DNA of 64,000 nt from the human T2T-CHM13v2.0 reference genome, Homo sapiens, in NCBI RefSeq assembly GCF_009914755.1, contig NC_060931.1; one strand, written 5' to 3'. Position numbers and translations under genes: made by a program. Below the pieces are notes generated by a model, which did no database searches, was not told the origin of the DNA, and saw nothing but the letters and a program-made list of their open reading frames with translations. Below are positions 13,798-27,177 of this stretch, one piece after another (the first letter of the stretch is position 1; each line of letters begins with the position of its first letter).

Positions 13798-14190
13798 AAG
13801 AAACAAGAAAAGAAAAGATAAGATAAGAAAAGAAAAGAAAAGACAGGAGAGGAGAGGAAGAGAAGAGAAGAGAAAAAAGAAAAGAAAAGGGAGGGGAGGG
13901 GATGGGAGGGGAGGGAAGGGGAGGGAAGGGGAGGGAAGGGGAGGGAAGGGAAGGGGAGGGAAGGGAAGGGGAGGGAAAGGAAGGGAAGGGAAGGGAAAGG
14001 AAGGGAAGGGAAGGGAAAGGAAGGGAAGGGAAGGGAAAGAAAGGGAAGGGAAGGGAAAGGAAATGAAAGGAAGGGAAGGTCAGGAAAGGAAAGGAAAGAA
14101 AGGAAAGGAAGAGGAAGAGCAAGAGAGGGAGGGATTGAGGGAGGGAGGGAAGGAAGGAAGGAAGGAAATAAAGAAAGAAAAAGAAAAACA
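13796..14190 (+). repeat. ~400-bp polypurine compound microsatellite (GAAAA/GGAAG/GGGGA/GGAA)
   Basis: read directly; grows out of the Alu tail. Confidence 0.95.
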
Positions 14191-15124
14191 CAGAGATGAA
14201 ATCACAGATTAAGCAAAATGAGGGGAAAAATAGTAACCAGAATCCCATCGGCCTCTATTTTGGTTCACAGAATGTTTAGTAAGCTGCTTTTTTTCTCTCT
14301 CAAAAATTTATTAAGCACATTGACAGGATGTTAAGGAACATTCAAGTGTTGTTTTATTAGAGACAGGGAGAGTTGAAACAAATATGAGTTCATCTTTGAA
14401 TTCTACTGTGACATCTCAACTTGGAACACCTTTGGTTATAATGTCTCCATCTCCACATTCTCGGTCCTCACAGAATTATCCCCGTTACTATCACGTGCTG
14501 GAGATCAAAGGCACAGTGCCCGGCACACGGCAAACACTCAAATGCTATTTGGTGAATGAGTCATATGGACTCCAGAATTGCAGGACAGTCAAACTCTGTT
14601 GATAGTCAATAACCTGTCATGGCTTAGGTAGGTTTTCAGTATCACAGGCTATCTGCCCCTTTCCTGGAAATAAGAGGTTTCTTATTTCGCATAGAGTCTT
14701 CAAGTGGCATTCAACACCTGGAAAATTATATATGGACCTTCAGGTTGTATTTTTCTCTTCTTGGCAATATTACAAACTCTCAAAACCTAAATAACAGGGT
14801 TATCCACATAGTCAAGTTTTGAAGATCACAATGAAGATGAACTTTCACATGTGTCTATATTTCTATTTTTTAATTTAAAAGATTAGCAAGTGTCTTCAAA
14901 TGAAAATGTATTCATCAACATTTAAAATAAGATCAGAGAAATAAATAGAAATTGAACAATAAAACAAACAAATAGAAAAAGATTTCAAAGAGGCCCAATG
15001 CTTTTATTTTAATAGCTGAAGGAATCACCTAGAAGCTATCAGAAATTTCCTTTTCTAAGACCAATATTAACAAGAATTAGTAGTAGAATGTTCTTATGTT
15101 TATAAATCAGGTTGGTTTGAACTA

Positions 15125-15307
<183 letters not shown>

Positions 15308-15639
15308 CTACCACAGAAAACCCAGAATGATTTAGCATAAGGACAAGCTATCTCAGCTCATATTTTAAATTGGTAAGGAATCCTATACACAGCCCAAGTC
15401 TCACAAGTAATACAGGTCCAGTTCTTTAAATCTTATTTAACACAATAACCAACCTCAGTTTTTAAAAATGTATCTACGACCAGTTGATACTGCTAGAGCT
15501 TTCAAATCTGAAGTAATCTTACTTTCCCTTCTTAGGATTTCCCTTCTTCCGATTTATAATAGTTTCCTAACTTCCTGCATAGTAGGCCTGCATTTTATTT
15601 TTTGCACCTCTAGAAGGGCAAAGGGCAAGGACAACTTAC

Positions 15640-15843
15640 ATGAGGCAGTTTCATGATAAAGTCATAGGCATTGGCTTCCTTGACAGCTTTCTCAATCTCA
15701 TCCATGGTGACATTTTCACGGCCATAGCGAATGTTTTCAGCTATCGTGGTGGCAAACAATACAGGTTCCTGACTCACCACACCAATGATTTCCCGTAGAA
15801 ACCTTACATTTATGGTCCTAATATCCTGTCCATCAACACTGAC
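15640..15843 (-). CDS. ABCB1: ABCB1 exon 13 (204 nt; [10 protein letters not shown]...FIMKLPH), Q-loop
   Basis: ttccag|GTCAGT ... CCTCAT|gtaagt; ORF 15610..15912. Confidence 0.98.
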
Positions 15844-15959
15844 CTGGAATAAAAAGTAAGTGTGACTTTCATACATTTGTAATTGAAAGGGCAACATCAG
15901 AAAGATGTGCAATGTGACTGCTGATCACCGCAGGGTCTAGCTCGCATGGGTCATCTCAC

Positions 15960-16085
15960 CATCCCCTCTGTGGGGTCATAGAGCCTCTGCATCAGCTGGA
16001 CTGTTGTGCTCTTCCCACAGCCACTGTTTCCAACCAGGGCCACCGTCTGCCCACTCTGCACCTTCAGGTTCAGGCCCTTCAAGAT
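15960..16085 (-). CDS. ABCB1: ABCB1 exon 12 (126 nt; [42 protein letters not shown]), Walker A of NBD1
   Basis: ctggtag|ATCTTG ... GGGATG|gtgaga; GNSGCGKS P-loop. Confidence 0.98.
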
Positions 16086-16256
16086 CTACCAGGACGAGTG
16101 AGAAAAAAACTTCAAGGCAATTCACAGACACAGGATATAGGAACTGACTGTTCACTAGGTTTAAATATACATGCACTTTTTTATAATCTCTACAAGAAAA
16201 CATCAGAAACTCTTCATTCAATAGATTAATTGTTGATTAATCATTTATCACTGTAC

Positions 16257-16367
16257 CTTAACTTCTTTTCGAGATGGGTAACTGAAGTGAACATTTCTGA
16301 ATTCCAAATTTCCCTTAATATTATCTGGTTTGTGCCCACTCTTCGAATAGCTGTCAATACTTGGCTT
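16257..16367 (-). CDS. ABCB1: ABCB1 exon 11 (111 nt; [37 protein letters not shown]), A-loop Y401; Ser400
   Basis: gtttag|AAGCCAAGT ... GTTAAG|gtacag; read by hand. Confidence 0.98.
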
Positions 16368-16513
16368 CTAAACAGAATCAAATTTTAAGAGATTACTAGG
16401 TTACAATAACTACTTTTAGTGATATTTTGTGGAGAGCTGGATAAAGTGACAAAGAAATTGACTTAACTGGACAATCTTTTAGATAGGTGGATAGATGGCC
16501 AACTCAGACTTAC

Positions 16514-16627
16514 ATTATCAATTATCTTGAAGATTTCATAAGCTGCTCCTCTTGCATTTGCAAATGCTTCAATGCTTGGAGATGCCTGTCCAACACTAAA
16601 AGCCCCAATTAATACAGAAAAGAATAC
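16514..16627 (-). CDS. ABCB1: ABCB1 exon 10 (114 nt; [14 protein letters not shown]...KIIDN), TM6
   Basis: cctcag|GTATTC ... GATAAT|gtaagt; ORF 16463..16711. Confidence 0.98.
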
Positions 16628-16810
16628 CTGAGGAATGTGAAGAAAAACCATCAGGCTACTGAGATAGTGATAGCAATTTTTTTTCATACTTCTTCTGTCT
16701 TTTTCTAACATAGGTAATTAAAATTTAAAATGGCGAGGCAACATATAAATACTAGGTGTTAAAAATATTTTAAAAGTTTGTAACTAACAGTACATTTAAT
16801 TCCTTTTTTC

Positions 16811-17105
16811 ATTTTTTTTCCTTTTTAAGAGACAGGTTCTCATTCTGTCACCCAGGATGGAGTGCAGTGGTGCAATCATAGCTCGTCATAACCTCTACCT
16901 CCTGGGCTCAAGCAATCCTCCTGCCTCAGTCTCCCAAGTAGCTAGGACTACAAGCATGCACCATCACACCTGACTAATTTTTTTTATTTTTTCTAGAGAC
17001 AGGGTCTCGCTACGTGTCCCAGCCTGGTCTCCTGGCCTCAAGCAATCCTCCTGCCTCAGCCTGCAAAAGTGCTGGGATCACAGGCATGGGCCACCACACC
17101 CAGCC
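16811..17105 (-). mobile_element. AluJ
   Basis: reverse-complement dimer with gggctcaagcaatcctcc. Confidence 0.9.
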
Positions 17106-17144
17106 AAGAGTAAATTTCAAATGTGTCACCTCAAAAGGTGTCAA

Positions 17145-17280
17145 GTGAGGTGATAGATATGTTAATTAGCTTGCTCTGATCACTCCACATTTTGTGTGTA
17201 TGTGTGTGTATACATAAACATCACATTGTATTCCGTAAGTGTAATGCAATTATGATTTGTCAATTAAAAATAGCATAAAA
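17145..17280 (+). mobile_element. L1M 3' end fragment
   Basis: gtgaggtgatagatatgttaattagcttg ... atttgtcaattaaaaata. Confidence 0.7.
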
Positions 17281-17490
17281 TTTTTTTAAAAAAATTTTAA
17301 GACAAGGTCTTGCTTTGTTGCCCAGCCTGGACTGCAGTGGTGCAATCTTGGCTCACTGCAACTTCAACCTCTGGGTTCAGACAACCCTCTCACCTCAGTC
17401 TCCGAAGTAGCTGGGACTACAGACAAGTGCCACCATATCTGGCTAATTAAAAAAAAAATTATAGAGATGAGATCTCACTATGTTGCCCAT
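17281..17490 (-). mobile_element. truncated AluJ
   Basis: right arm plus part of left arm, reverse complement. Confidence 0.82.
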
Positions 17491-19106
17491 ACTAAAAATA
17501 TTTTGGAAATATAAATACTTTTCAATTTAGAATGCAGAATTAGTCTTACTTGCTCAATAAACAATGATTTAAATTTCACAGGGCTAGAATATTATAATAG
17601 GATATTTTTATATTTCTTCAATGTCTAGTTTTTTTTTTATTTAGATTATCAGTAAGGTAAAGTGGAAATAAATGCTAGCAGAGGAGTCAGAAGACCCAGT
17701 TCTGAATCCTAAATTAGTAATAACTAGTTATATGTTGTTAGGCCATTCTCTTAGAATCTTTGGCTTCAATTTCTTCATTGGCAAAAACAGGCAAGATTCT
17801 ATCTGTTCTCCCTACCCAGCAATCATAGAGATGTTGTATCATGATAAAACAGTGTATATGAACATTTTTTGTTAATTATAAAGCACACAAACCTAAGACA
17901 CTGATCCTTTATCAGGTTGTCTTTTTTGCCACAAGGCCGTGTTCTCTTTAGGCCTTTTGTTTTTTTGTTTTGTGCAAATCAGTTTCTTATTGGTAAAGAC
18001 TTAACTGTGTTTCTCTTTGGGGTTGATGAGAATTAATGTCATTATTCATTTTTTCTAAATCACATGGAATTATATTGCTCAATAATTTACACAGAAGGAA
18101 CTTTGCTAAGTGATTCTATATTCATTATCTCAGTTAGTCCTCAAAACACGCTGAAAGTTAGGGTTCATTCCTGTCATATCATTTGGCAGAAGAGGTAGCA
18201 GAGGCTTGAAAAGTTTAGCTGGCTGCCCTAAATCATACAGCTAATAAGTGACAAAGCTGCCATTTGAATCAAGTTGGTCCGATATCAAACCCCACACTCC
18301 CTATTTTGGATGCCTCCAGTTTGTGAAGTATATTCATGCCCAGTGAACACTGGATTTAAACTGCTTATCTCAATCACAGTTAAACAGAAAACATCTGTTA
18401 TGACAACCAAGGATCACCCACAGCATCACTATACTAAAAAAAAAAAACTTCATGGGAAAAGCCATTCCCCACTGAGCAATGTTGGATAAGGCAAATTTGA
18501 AAAAAAAAAAAAAAAGAAGTGATTATTGAATCCATATTACAAATCTGGCTCCTGAAAAAGGGAATTGTTTTAAGGGATTCTACAAAATATCATCTCTCAT
18601 TGCCTCAATCTATTTCTGCTTGGCCTACGAAAAAGGAACTAAGTGACTCTTCTAACAGTGTATTTTATTAGATCCAGATATGAATTGAGTTTGGTTTGCA
18701 AATTATTTCATTGTCTTTAAAATAAAAGAGGATAACATTAAATGGCAAGACTTCTGTGCTTGCACAAAGGTCTATAATGCAGAAAACTTCCAAACAATCT
18801 TTTAGGAAGAGGAACAATTTATACTTCCATAATTTGTGAGGTGGATTAGCTGCCATTCGAAATAATTTGAAAAGAAGTCAAAATGTGTATTTTGCCATTT
18901 TTGTGAATAGTAAATCAGAAAATAAAAGTGAAGTGTTTAGCAACAAGTTTGGCACAAATAATCTCAACAAATAAAAGTTCATGCTATTGAGATTGCTAAC
19001 GTTAATATTATTTAGGCTACAGGATAAATTGTGCAAGATATCTGCAAAAACAAACAAGCAAATAAAAGAAAAAACTGGTTGTCGGATGCATCTAATTTTT
19101 TTCCAC

Positions 19107-19408
19107 TTTTTTTTTTTTTTTTTTTTTTTGAGACAGTCTTGCTGTGTCACCCAGGCTGCGGTGCAGTGGCGCAATCTCAGGTCACTGCAAGCTCCGCCTC
19201 CCGGGTTAACGCCATTCTCTTGCCTCAGCCTCCTGAGTAGCTGGGACTACATGCGCCCGCCACCACGCCCGGCTAATTTTTTGTATTTTTTGTAGAGACG
19301 GGGTTTCACCATGTTAGCCAGGATGGTCTCGATCTCCTGACCTCGTGATCTGCCCGCCTCGGCCTCCCAAAGTGCTGGGATTACAGGTGTGAGCCACCGT
19401 GCCTGGCC
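19107..19408 (-). mobile_element. AluY, full length
   Basis: caagctccgcctcccgggtt and ggatggtctcgatctcctgacctcgtg; TSD ttccactttt(t). Confidence 0.94.
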
Positions 19409-19549
19409 TTCCACTTTTTAACCTAGTAGTGCATATGTCTGTAGTATTCAACAGTTGTTCAAAATATATTCTTCTAAAGTCAAGCCAACATTACTGGATT
19501 TCATTGGCATTTTATAATAATGGTTCATTTCTCAATGTAAACCACTTAC

Positions 19550-19721
19550 AGTGAGTACTTGTCCAATAGAATATTCCCCTGAGAGGACCAAGGTGGTCCC
19601 ATACCAGAAGGCCAGAGCATAAGATGCATAGATCAGCAGGAAAGCAGCACCTATAGAAATATTGGCTGTAATAGCTTTCTTTATCCCAATTCTTTTAGCT
19701 TCTTCTAAATTTTTGTTGTAC
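19550..19721 (-). CDS. ABCB1: ABCB1 exon 9 (172 nt; YNKNLEEAK...GQVLT), TM5
   Basis: ttctcag|GTACAAC ... CTCACT|gtaagt; ORF 19532..19747. Confidence 0.98.
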
Positions 19722-22359
19722 CTGAGAAAAAGAACAAAAATGATCACATATACATTTTATGAAAACATGTCGATATAGCATGATAGTTACAGAGTGGCTA
19801 GGATGTGTTCAGTCCTGTGATATACACGCATTTTGTCCTGCTGCTCATACATTGACCCTATATAGTAGTACTGTTTTACTCCCTTTTTGCAGAAGAAGAA
19901 ACTGACATTTATAGAGATTAACTTATTTGTGGGGGAGTCTTCTAAAATTTCCTTCTCTGGCTTTAGCAATAGCAAATAAGTGAAGCAATATTTAGCAAAC
20001 TTCTAAAACTTACATTGTTTCATACACAAGACAAAGTAAAAGCCATGGAAAAAACCTGTGTCTTTCCTTCAAAATCTGCATGCCTCTTTAATTAATAAAA
20101 TGGAGAGATAATGTTAGAAAGTACTAAAAAAAAAAAAAAAGGGACAGTCATTTAAATCTCTGAACATTAAGGAAGTTTGGAGACAGTTTGCTCTCTGTCC
20201 TGCCTTCCTCTAGGACTGTCGGAATGACCAACTGAGAGGTTACATGTGTGAGAGCATTTTGAGAGTTCTGAATTGCCATGTAATACTTTTTACATTTAAA
20301 TAAGCTGTACAATTTATCTTACTTCCGTAGACATTTATTTTAAAAATCACTGACCTACAAAAATTATTTGGCTTACAGGTTTATAAAAGCACATCATTAT
20401 TCATCAGCATTCCCTCTCTTCCTTCTCCTTTCTACATATTGACTATGTGTCCTTCCCTCTATTAATGCTCCCAACACTTGTCATGCCATAGCTGCCAGCT
20501 GCTGAACTAACAGGATCTGACCTGGTGGCTTGGGCCATCCACGGCTTCTGACTAACTCAAGGGCTGAGAAAAATTAAATTATTAGCATATCTATAGCCCT
20601 GAACCCATTCATAGCACAAAGGCCTACCCTACATTAACCAAACCTGGTGAGGACCCATTAATACTTCTTAGAGCAAATATAGGAAATTGTACAAAAGGGG
20701 CAAAAATGAGCAAATGAAAAAAAATCGAAAAACAATGTTGGAGTCACTGACAGATTTTATTTCTGCAGTTCTAATGACTTACAGGTTATTCCCAACTGAT
20801 AATTCAAATATTTTTTAAACCCTCAGAGGGTGGTCAATTTTTGACGGTAAAGTTAAAGGAGATGATGTCTATAACTCGACCTTCATTTGAAAGGAACAGA
20901 GAAGACTACTCTGTTTAAGAGGATAGCTATGGAGATAAGCTAATGGAGCCCAGAGTTAAAGAAAAATAAGGAATTTTGCAAATGTAGAACCAAGGTAAAA
21001 GGATTAGAGAAACAGGACAGATTGCCTTAAATCTGTCTGTATTTTCTTAATCGCAACTCCCTGCAGAACCTAGAGCATTGCCTTGGATAGAGGAGGAGCT
21101 AATAATTGTTGAAATTCATGAACTTACTTCCATATAAAAGTCATACTTTAAGGTCTTTGATCCATAAATTCACAACTATATAAATATTATATAGCATTAT
21201 ATTAATTTCCTTTGGAGAACTTGTTCCATTAGCATGTACAGCAGAGCTCAAGCACTGTCCAGATATGAACATGCATTGTTTCTTGCTTTCATGACTACTT
21301 TAACTAGGTACATTACAGAGTTACAAAAGCATGCCAAGTGAAATTTACATCACTACCGTGTTCACTAAAGATGAAATTTAAACAGAACTTCATAGTGACA
21401 ACATAGCAACACATCATTAGTTTCTACCCCCCAAAATGTAAATCCTCAACTTGCCAGTTATCATCTGAACAGAAAAATTATTTTTGAGAAACGTTTCAAT
21501 TATTTATATACACATATGCACACACACACAACACACAGACACATACATATCTCTCACTTTATGAGTTGATCTGAGGTAAAAGCTACCACTGGGCATAACT
21601 TACATAAGAATATATTTAAGGACATTTAATACATATGTACTATACTCTGTTATCTCCTTTATTTCAGTTCTCGCTTACCAAGACTAACGTAGAAACCAGT
21701 CTGATGTTGTCCTATGCAGCCAGAGGAAACATTTGCACAGAAGCACAAGGAAGAAAATCATTTAGACATCAGAAAGGAGAAATAAAGGAAAGAAGGGGGC
21801 AAAGGGAAATGAGATATAAACAATACTCCTTTTCCATAAGCTCTTTGTTGTTTTTCCATACAAATGCCATACATAAAACTAGATATTAAAATCATCCATT
21901 CATCAAAGGCTTTAGTACAGAAATGGTCATGAAAGTAGGAATGACTAAAAGAGACTAAAGTTATATAACAAAACCATTGGTATGTAGGAAATATGACTCT
22001 TCTTAAATATTGTGAAAATATTTATCAATAATGCAAGTAACTACTTTAAGAATAAGGAACAATTTTGGTTAAGCCAACAGAAATAAATATTAATAGATAA
22101 ATATATTTTCAAGGCACATAAAAGAGAGAAAAATATTTTTAAGTGAAAAGGAACAAAACTATTCTATACGATTGAATGGAATTTATTTTAACTTCTGGTT
22201 AAATTTCCATTCAAAGAGAGCCAGCTTCCCTCCTGCACTGCTAATTTGAAGAGAAAGCCAGATTAAGACCTCAATTACTTTATGTAGAAGCAGAGAAGGG
22301 AAGGAGAAGAACAGGAAAGAAAACTGATTATGTCTGGTCTAAGAATAGTCATCAATTCT

Positions 22360-23182
22360 ACTTTCAAATTATATCCCAAATCTAGGTACCTGTCACCCCT
22401 CTCCTGCCTCTGCTCCAGATCAGGGAGATGCTCTGGCCTGGACCATTCTGCCGGCCTCCCCACTGGTCTCCCTGCTTCCACCCTTTGACTTCTCGCATCC
22501 ATTCATGAGACCCATTACAGACAAACAATCTGAAAACATAACGTGGATAGTCATTCCTCTTTTTAACACCCTCAACCACTCCCCTGTGCCCTTAGAATAC
22601 AATCCTAACTCTTCATCATGGCCCATCATCCCCACATTCTGGCCCCTGCCCACCCCAATCTCCCCTCATTCAACTGAGCTTCAGTCATGCAAGCCTTATG
22701 ACGTTTCCTAGAACATACTAAATTCTTGGCCACCCCAGGAAACTTGGAAGACTCTTCTTCAAACCCATCCCATCTCTGTTCCCACCATGGCTTGCTTTTT
22801 CTCATCCCTCAGGTCTCAGCTGAGATGAAACCTCCTCAAAGAGGCCTGCCCCAACCACCGTATTTAAAGTTAACTTGACCATTCATCATCCTCACACTCT
22901 TTGATTCTTTCAGATCACATTTTTAAATCAATATTTTTATTTTTTTCTTTGACGATTCCTTATATTTCTTCCTCCCTTTCTCCATTCCTTCCATTTTTAT
23001 CCATTTTACTATTTTGACTGAAGATCACAAAATAACCTCTGTTTCTGATTCACAGCTGAAAACCTAGAGCCCTAGCTTTGTTTAGAACTTTATAAAATAA
23101 AAAAGAAAAGAAAAGGAAAACCTAGAACCTAGCACAGTGCCTGGCATGTTGTAGGTGCTGAATAAATTTGTCAAATAAATAA
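22360..23182 (+). mobile_element. L2 3' portion
   Basis: ends cctagcacagtgcctggcatgttgtaggtgctgaataaatttgtcaaataaataaa. Confidence 0.7.
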
Positions 23183-24149
23183 ACTTTAAAGAAATGGCCA
23201 ACTTGGGAAGGACATTAGGCCATCAGTTTGTAGTCTTACGTCAATTCTTGATCTCCAAGCAAAATTAGTTTCAGTTCTCTGAAGGAGACTGCCCTTTCAA
23301 AGATACATTCAAGTAACTTATATTTTCTGAAGAAATGATTCCACATGTAAAATACTACTTAGAGCAAATATAGGAATCTCTGGATATAGCTGTGTAAGTC
23401 CATTTGTTTATTCTTCTAATTAAAATTTGATCATTTTTGCTAGGAAAAATATTTTCATATCTAACTAATTAAAGCACTCCATTAAATCTGAATCCCTTTA
23501 AACTTTCAGTGAACTAAAATATCAGATTTATCTAAGTTACAAATGTTGGGCTTCACTCCCACAATGTCCATTTCCTCCTTCTCAGGTTTTATTCCATCCA
23601 TCATTATAGTTTTTGTTGCTAATAATGTCCTTAAAAATATTGTCAGTTCCTCAAATTTAAGATGTCTTTAATTGTAGCAAGTACTGGTATTCTGTCATTT
23701 TATAAAGCATTAAGAAATGAGTTTAATAGAACATTCCATATGCAGCTAGGACTCAAAGGGCTATACCTCAGTATATTAAGCAACACACAGCAGAACTTGC
23801 ATGTCTCAGTCTTGGCACCAACCAGGTGAAGGAAGGAAAAAAACCTCCCTGAGAATCTGGACCACAAAGTAGGACTCATGCAGGTCTGAGCATGAATTCA
23901 CACTACCAGTGTTGTCCAAAAACAACTAGACACATAATTTAATGTAAGGTGGTCTCAGGTTAGCAGTGCCCTTGGTGAATAGCAGAAGCAAACATAAATC
24001 CTGCCTGATAGAATTGGACTTCAATCCAGATCCATAGCAAATTTAAGATGGCACTGACTGTTAGGTTTATTTCCATTTCAGAGATGATGGATTCATTCTG
24101 AATGGATGAAATACTATATATTTTCTAATTGTTCATTCCTGGTTTACAG

Positions 24150-25440
24150 GAATGCCATTTATTCTGAATAATGATAGGTACCCAGAGATCTTATTGTATT
24201 TTGTTAGCTTATAAAACCTACTGGAATTTCTGTGTAGACAATCTTATCGTCTGTGAATAACGACAGTTTTCTTCCTATTTTCCAATACTTACTGTTTTTC
24301 TTTTTCGTTTTCTTTTTTTCATTCTTACTCTTATTTGTTTTATTGGTCTTATTATCTAGTACTAGTACAACAGTACATAGAAATGATAGTAAACACATTT
24401 GCCTCATTCATTATTTGTTTTTTATTTTTTAAATTGACAGACAAAATAGTATGTATTTATTTCATTCACTATTTTAAGTGTTAAAATATTTTTAATGTTT
24501 CACCACTAAATGTTTCCTGCGGGTCTCTAATATATTAAGAAGGTTGTTTCTTATTCCTAGTTTTACGAGTTTTTGTCATGAATCATATATAATTCATGCT
24601 TTTCCCCTTACATCACAACAAATTTTTTCTTTTAGTCTATTAATATGGTTAATTATATTAATAGATTTCCTAATGTTAAAACCATCTTTCCATTCATAGG
24701 ATAAAGCCAACATGTTCAGGATGTTTTCAATTTGGTATTTTTCACATGGATTTATTTAGCTAATTATTTATTTATTTATAATTTCTGCATCTATGTTTTA
24801 GGTGAAACTGTCCTTTAGTTTTCCTTTCTCATATTATATCTGCCTGGTAATATAGTATCAAAGTTACACTAGCCCCATAAAATGAACTCACAACTTTTTT
24901 TTTCCATTTTCTACAACAATTTATGTAAGATAGGGTTATCTCTTTCTTGAAGTTGTGGTAGAACTTGCCTACAAAATTATCCAGACTTGTTTTGTGATTT
25001 CTGCTTGTGGGAGAGAAGCAGTGGAAAATGGAGATTTTTAACTTTGAATTCAATTATTTTAACGATTATGGGTTTACTCAGATCTTCTCCTTCTTAAGTG
25101 AGAGTTTTAACCTACATTTTTCTAGCATATTATCTATATCATGAGGGTTTTTAAATTTATTGGTATAAAGCTGCAATTTAAAAATAGATTTTTTAATCTG
25201 TTACAAGTTTTCCCTATTCATTCTTTTTTTGTTCCTGATTAAACATATAAAATAGTTATTTATAAGTCTTTTTAAAGAATTAGTTTATGGATATGTCAAT
25301 CTTCCACTCTTTTGCCTTTATTTTCTATTAAATTAATTTTTGCTCTTACCCTTATTATTTCCTTCTAATATTTTATTTTTCTTTCCCTAACTTCTTGATT
25401 TAGATGTTTAGTTCTTTAATTTTCAATAATTTTGTATTTC
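24150..25440 (-). mobile_element. old L1M ORF2 fragment
   Basis: KLSLFTDDKIVY in ORF 24204..24407 is a decayed L1 RT LSLFADDMIVY; ORF 24829..25053 is also L1-like. Confidence 0.75.
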
Positions 25441-26104
25441 TTCTACCAGATACTCTGGTATCACTGGATTAGGACTCATTTTTAATGTGAAATCCTCAGC
25501 TTTGGAGAGAGATTGTTTCCTACTTCACAGAGTAGTATAAATTCAGACCCCATCTGCAGATAGCAGTCAGGCCTGAGAATCTAACTTCTATGGGGAGATG
25601 TTTTCCTCCAGCTGAGAAACCAGGAAGAAGCTGTTAAGTTTTGTCTGTCTTCCAATGCTGTTGGGCTGTTGGGCATATTATTTTTCTGGTCCACCTTTTC
25701 TCTGAGGAAAACTGGAAAAGAATTCCAAACTCAAAACTTCATTATGTCTCTGCTCAAATATCAACTAATCAGAAAATATTTTTCTGAATAACTTATCTAA
25801 ATAGTATCCTCATGATTCTCTTATTTTATTTCCCCAAATAATATTTACCCCAACTGGTGTATTACCTATTTGATTATTTGTGGTTGTCTGTAACCTTACC
25901 ACCCCCATTAGAATTTAAGCTCCATGAGAGCCGGGGATTTATTTCATTGAATATTTGCTCAGTCATTAAGCAGGACTCCTCATTTTATTAGCCAGACATC
26001 TTTTAAAGCAAAAGCAAAGACTTTAGCAAAAATCAAAATGGAACATAGATATTGCTTTCCTTTGAACTATGGCACTTAACCATTATAAATTATTCTCAGA
26101 AGAC

Positions 26105-26390
26105 ATATATTTATATGTGTGAATATACCATAGAACAAAAGTACTCCAAACACATATGCACAGTTAAAAAAATTATGCAATGAATACTCATGTAAGTATA
26201 CCTGAGATCAAGAAACAGAACACTGCCAGAACCACAGAATCCCCTGCTGTGTGTTCGGCTCTCCTTACACAACTTCTCATCTTCCCTAGAGCTAACCATT
26301 ATTCTGATTTCTGAAAATTCCCTTGGTTTTCTTCATGGCTGTACCAAACAATGTATAACCCCCTTAACCAATACAGTTTACTTTTTCATA
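26105..26390 (-). mobile_element. L1ME-type 3' fragment
   Basis: gatcaagaaacagaacactgccagaaccacagaatccc motif. Confidence 0.55.
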
Positions 26391-27052
26391 CCTTCAAAGA
26401 TATGTATATTCATAAGATTGAAGTGTTATAGCATCAGAATATTATAATTTATATTCAATTTTACATAAAATCTGTTGCTGCTTAGAAATCAGTAATCTGA
26501 TTTATATTCTAAATTTCAATAAATTACCATCTATGCTTTCAGAAATCTAATAAAAGGGAACAGTTGTAAGCATAATACTAAACAACACATAATATAAAAG
26601 ATTTTGAACTTTTGTACACATAAGTGCTTTTTGGTTATATTTTTATCTTCCAAATCATGTAGCATATGTCAGCTGAATAGGGGCAGAAAGGAAAATGAAC
26701 CACGGATTAAAATGTCCCCATAGATCTTACACAAAATACTCAGTCAATATTAGAGAATCACTAATTAACTTGATAGAGGAAAAAAATCAGAGGTATAAAA
26801 TACATTTCAGTCTTTGGAAACTATTTTTATGTTATTGCCCATCTAGAAAACTCTTTGAATTAGCAGATAAAAGAAAAGTACAATTAGAATTGCAACTTCT
26901 CCAAAATATTAGTTATGCTGTAATACATCCATTAAGCTATTTAAGAAAACATATATATGGGAGAAAATGCTTATAAATAACACTGTCAATCTGAAGGGCA
27001 TTTGAGAAGACAGAATTTAACATATCTATCCATTTAAAAAAGAAACTCAAAC

Positions 27053-27177
27053 CTTTCAAGTTCTTTCTTTTGTCCTCCAAATGCAATCACAGTTCTAATT
27101 GCTGCCAAGACCTCTTCAGCTACTGCTCCAGCTTTTGCATACGCTAAGAGTTCTTTATCAGTAAATGAAGATAGTAT
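27053..27177 (-). CDS. ABCB1: ABCB1 exon 8 (125 nt; [41 protein letters not shown](R))
   Basis: aaacag|ATACTATC ... CTTGAAAG|gtttga; read by hand. Confidence 0.97.

Noticed and set aside
15976-16221. ORF over exon 12 in an alternative frame
   Set aside because: Wrong frame; the frame that joins exons 11 and 13 gives the Walker A motif.
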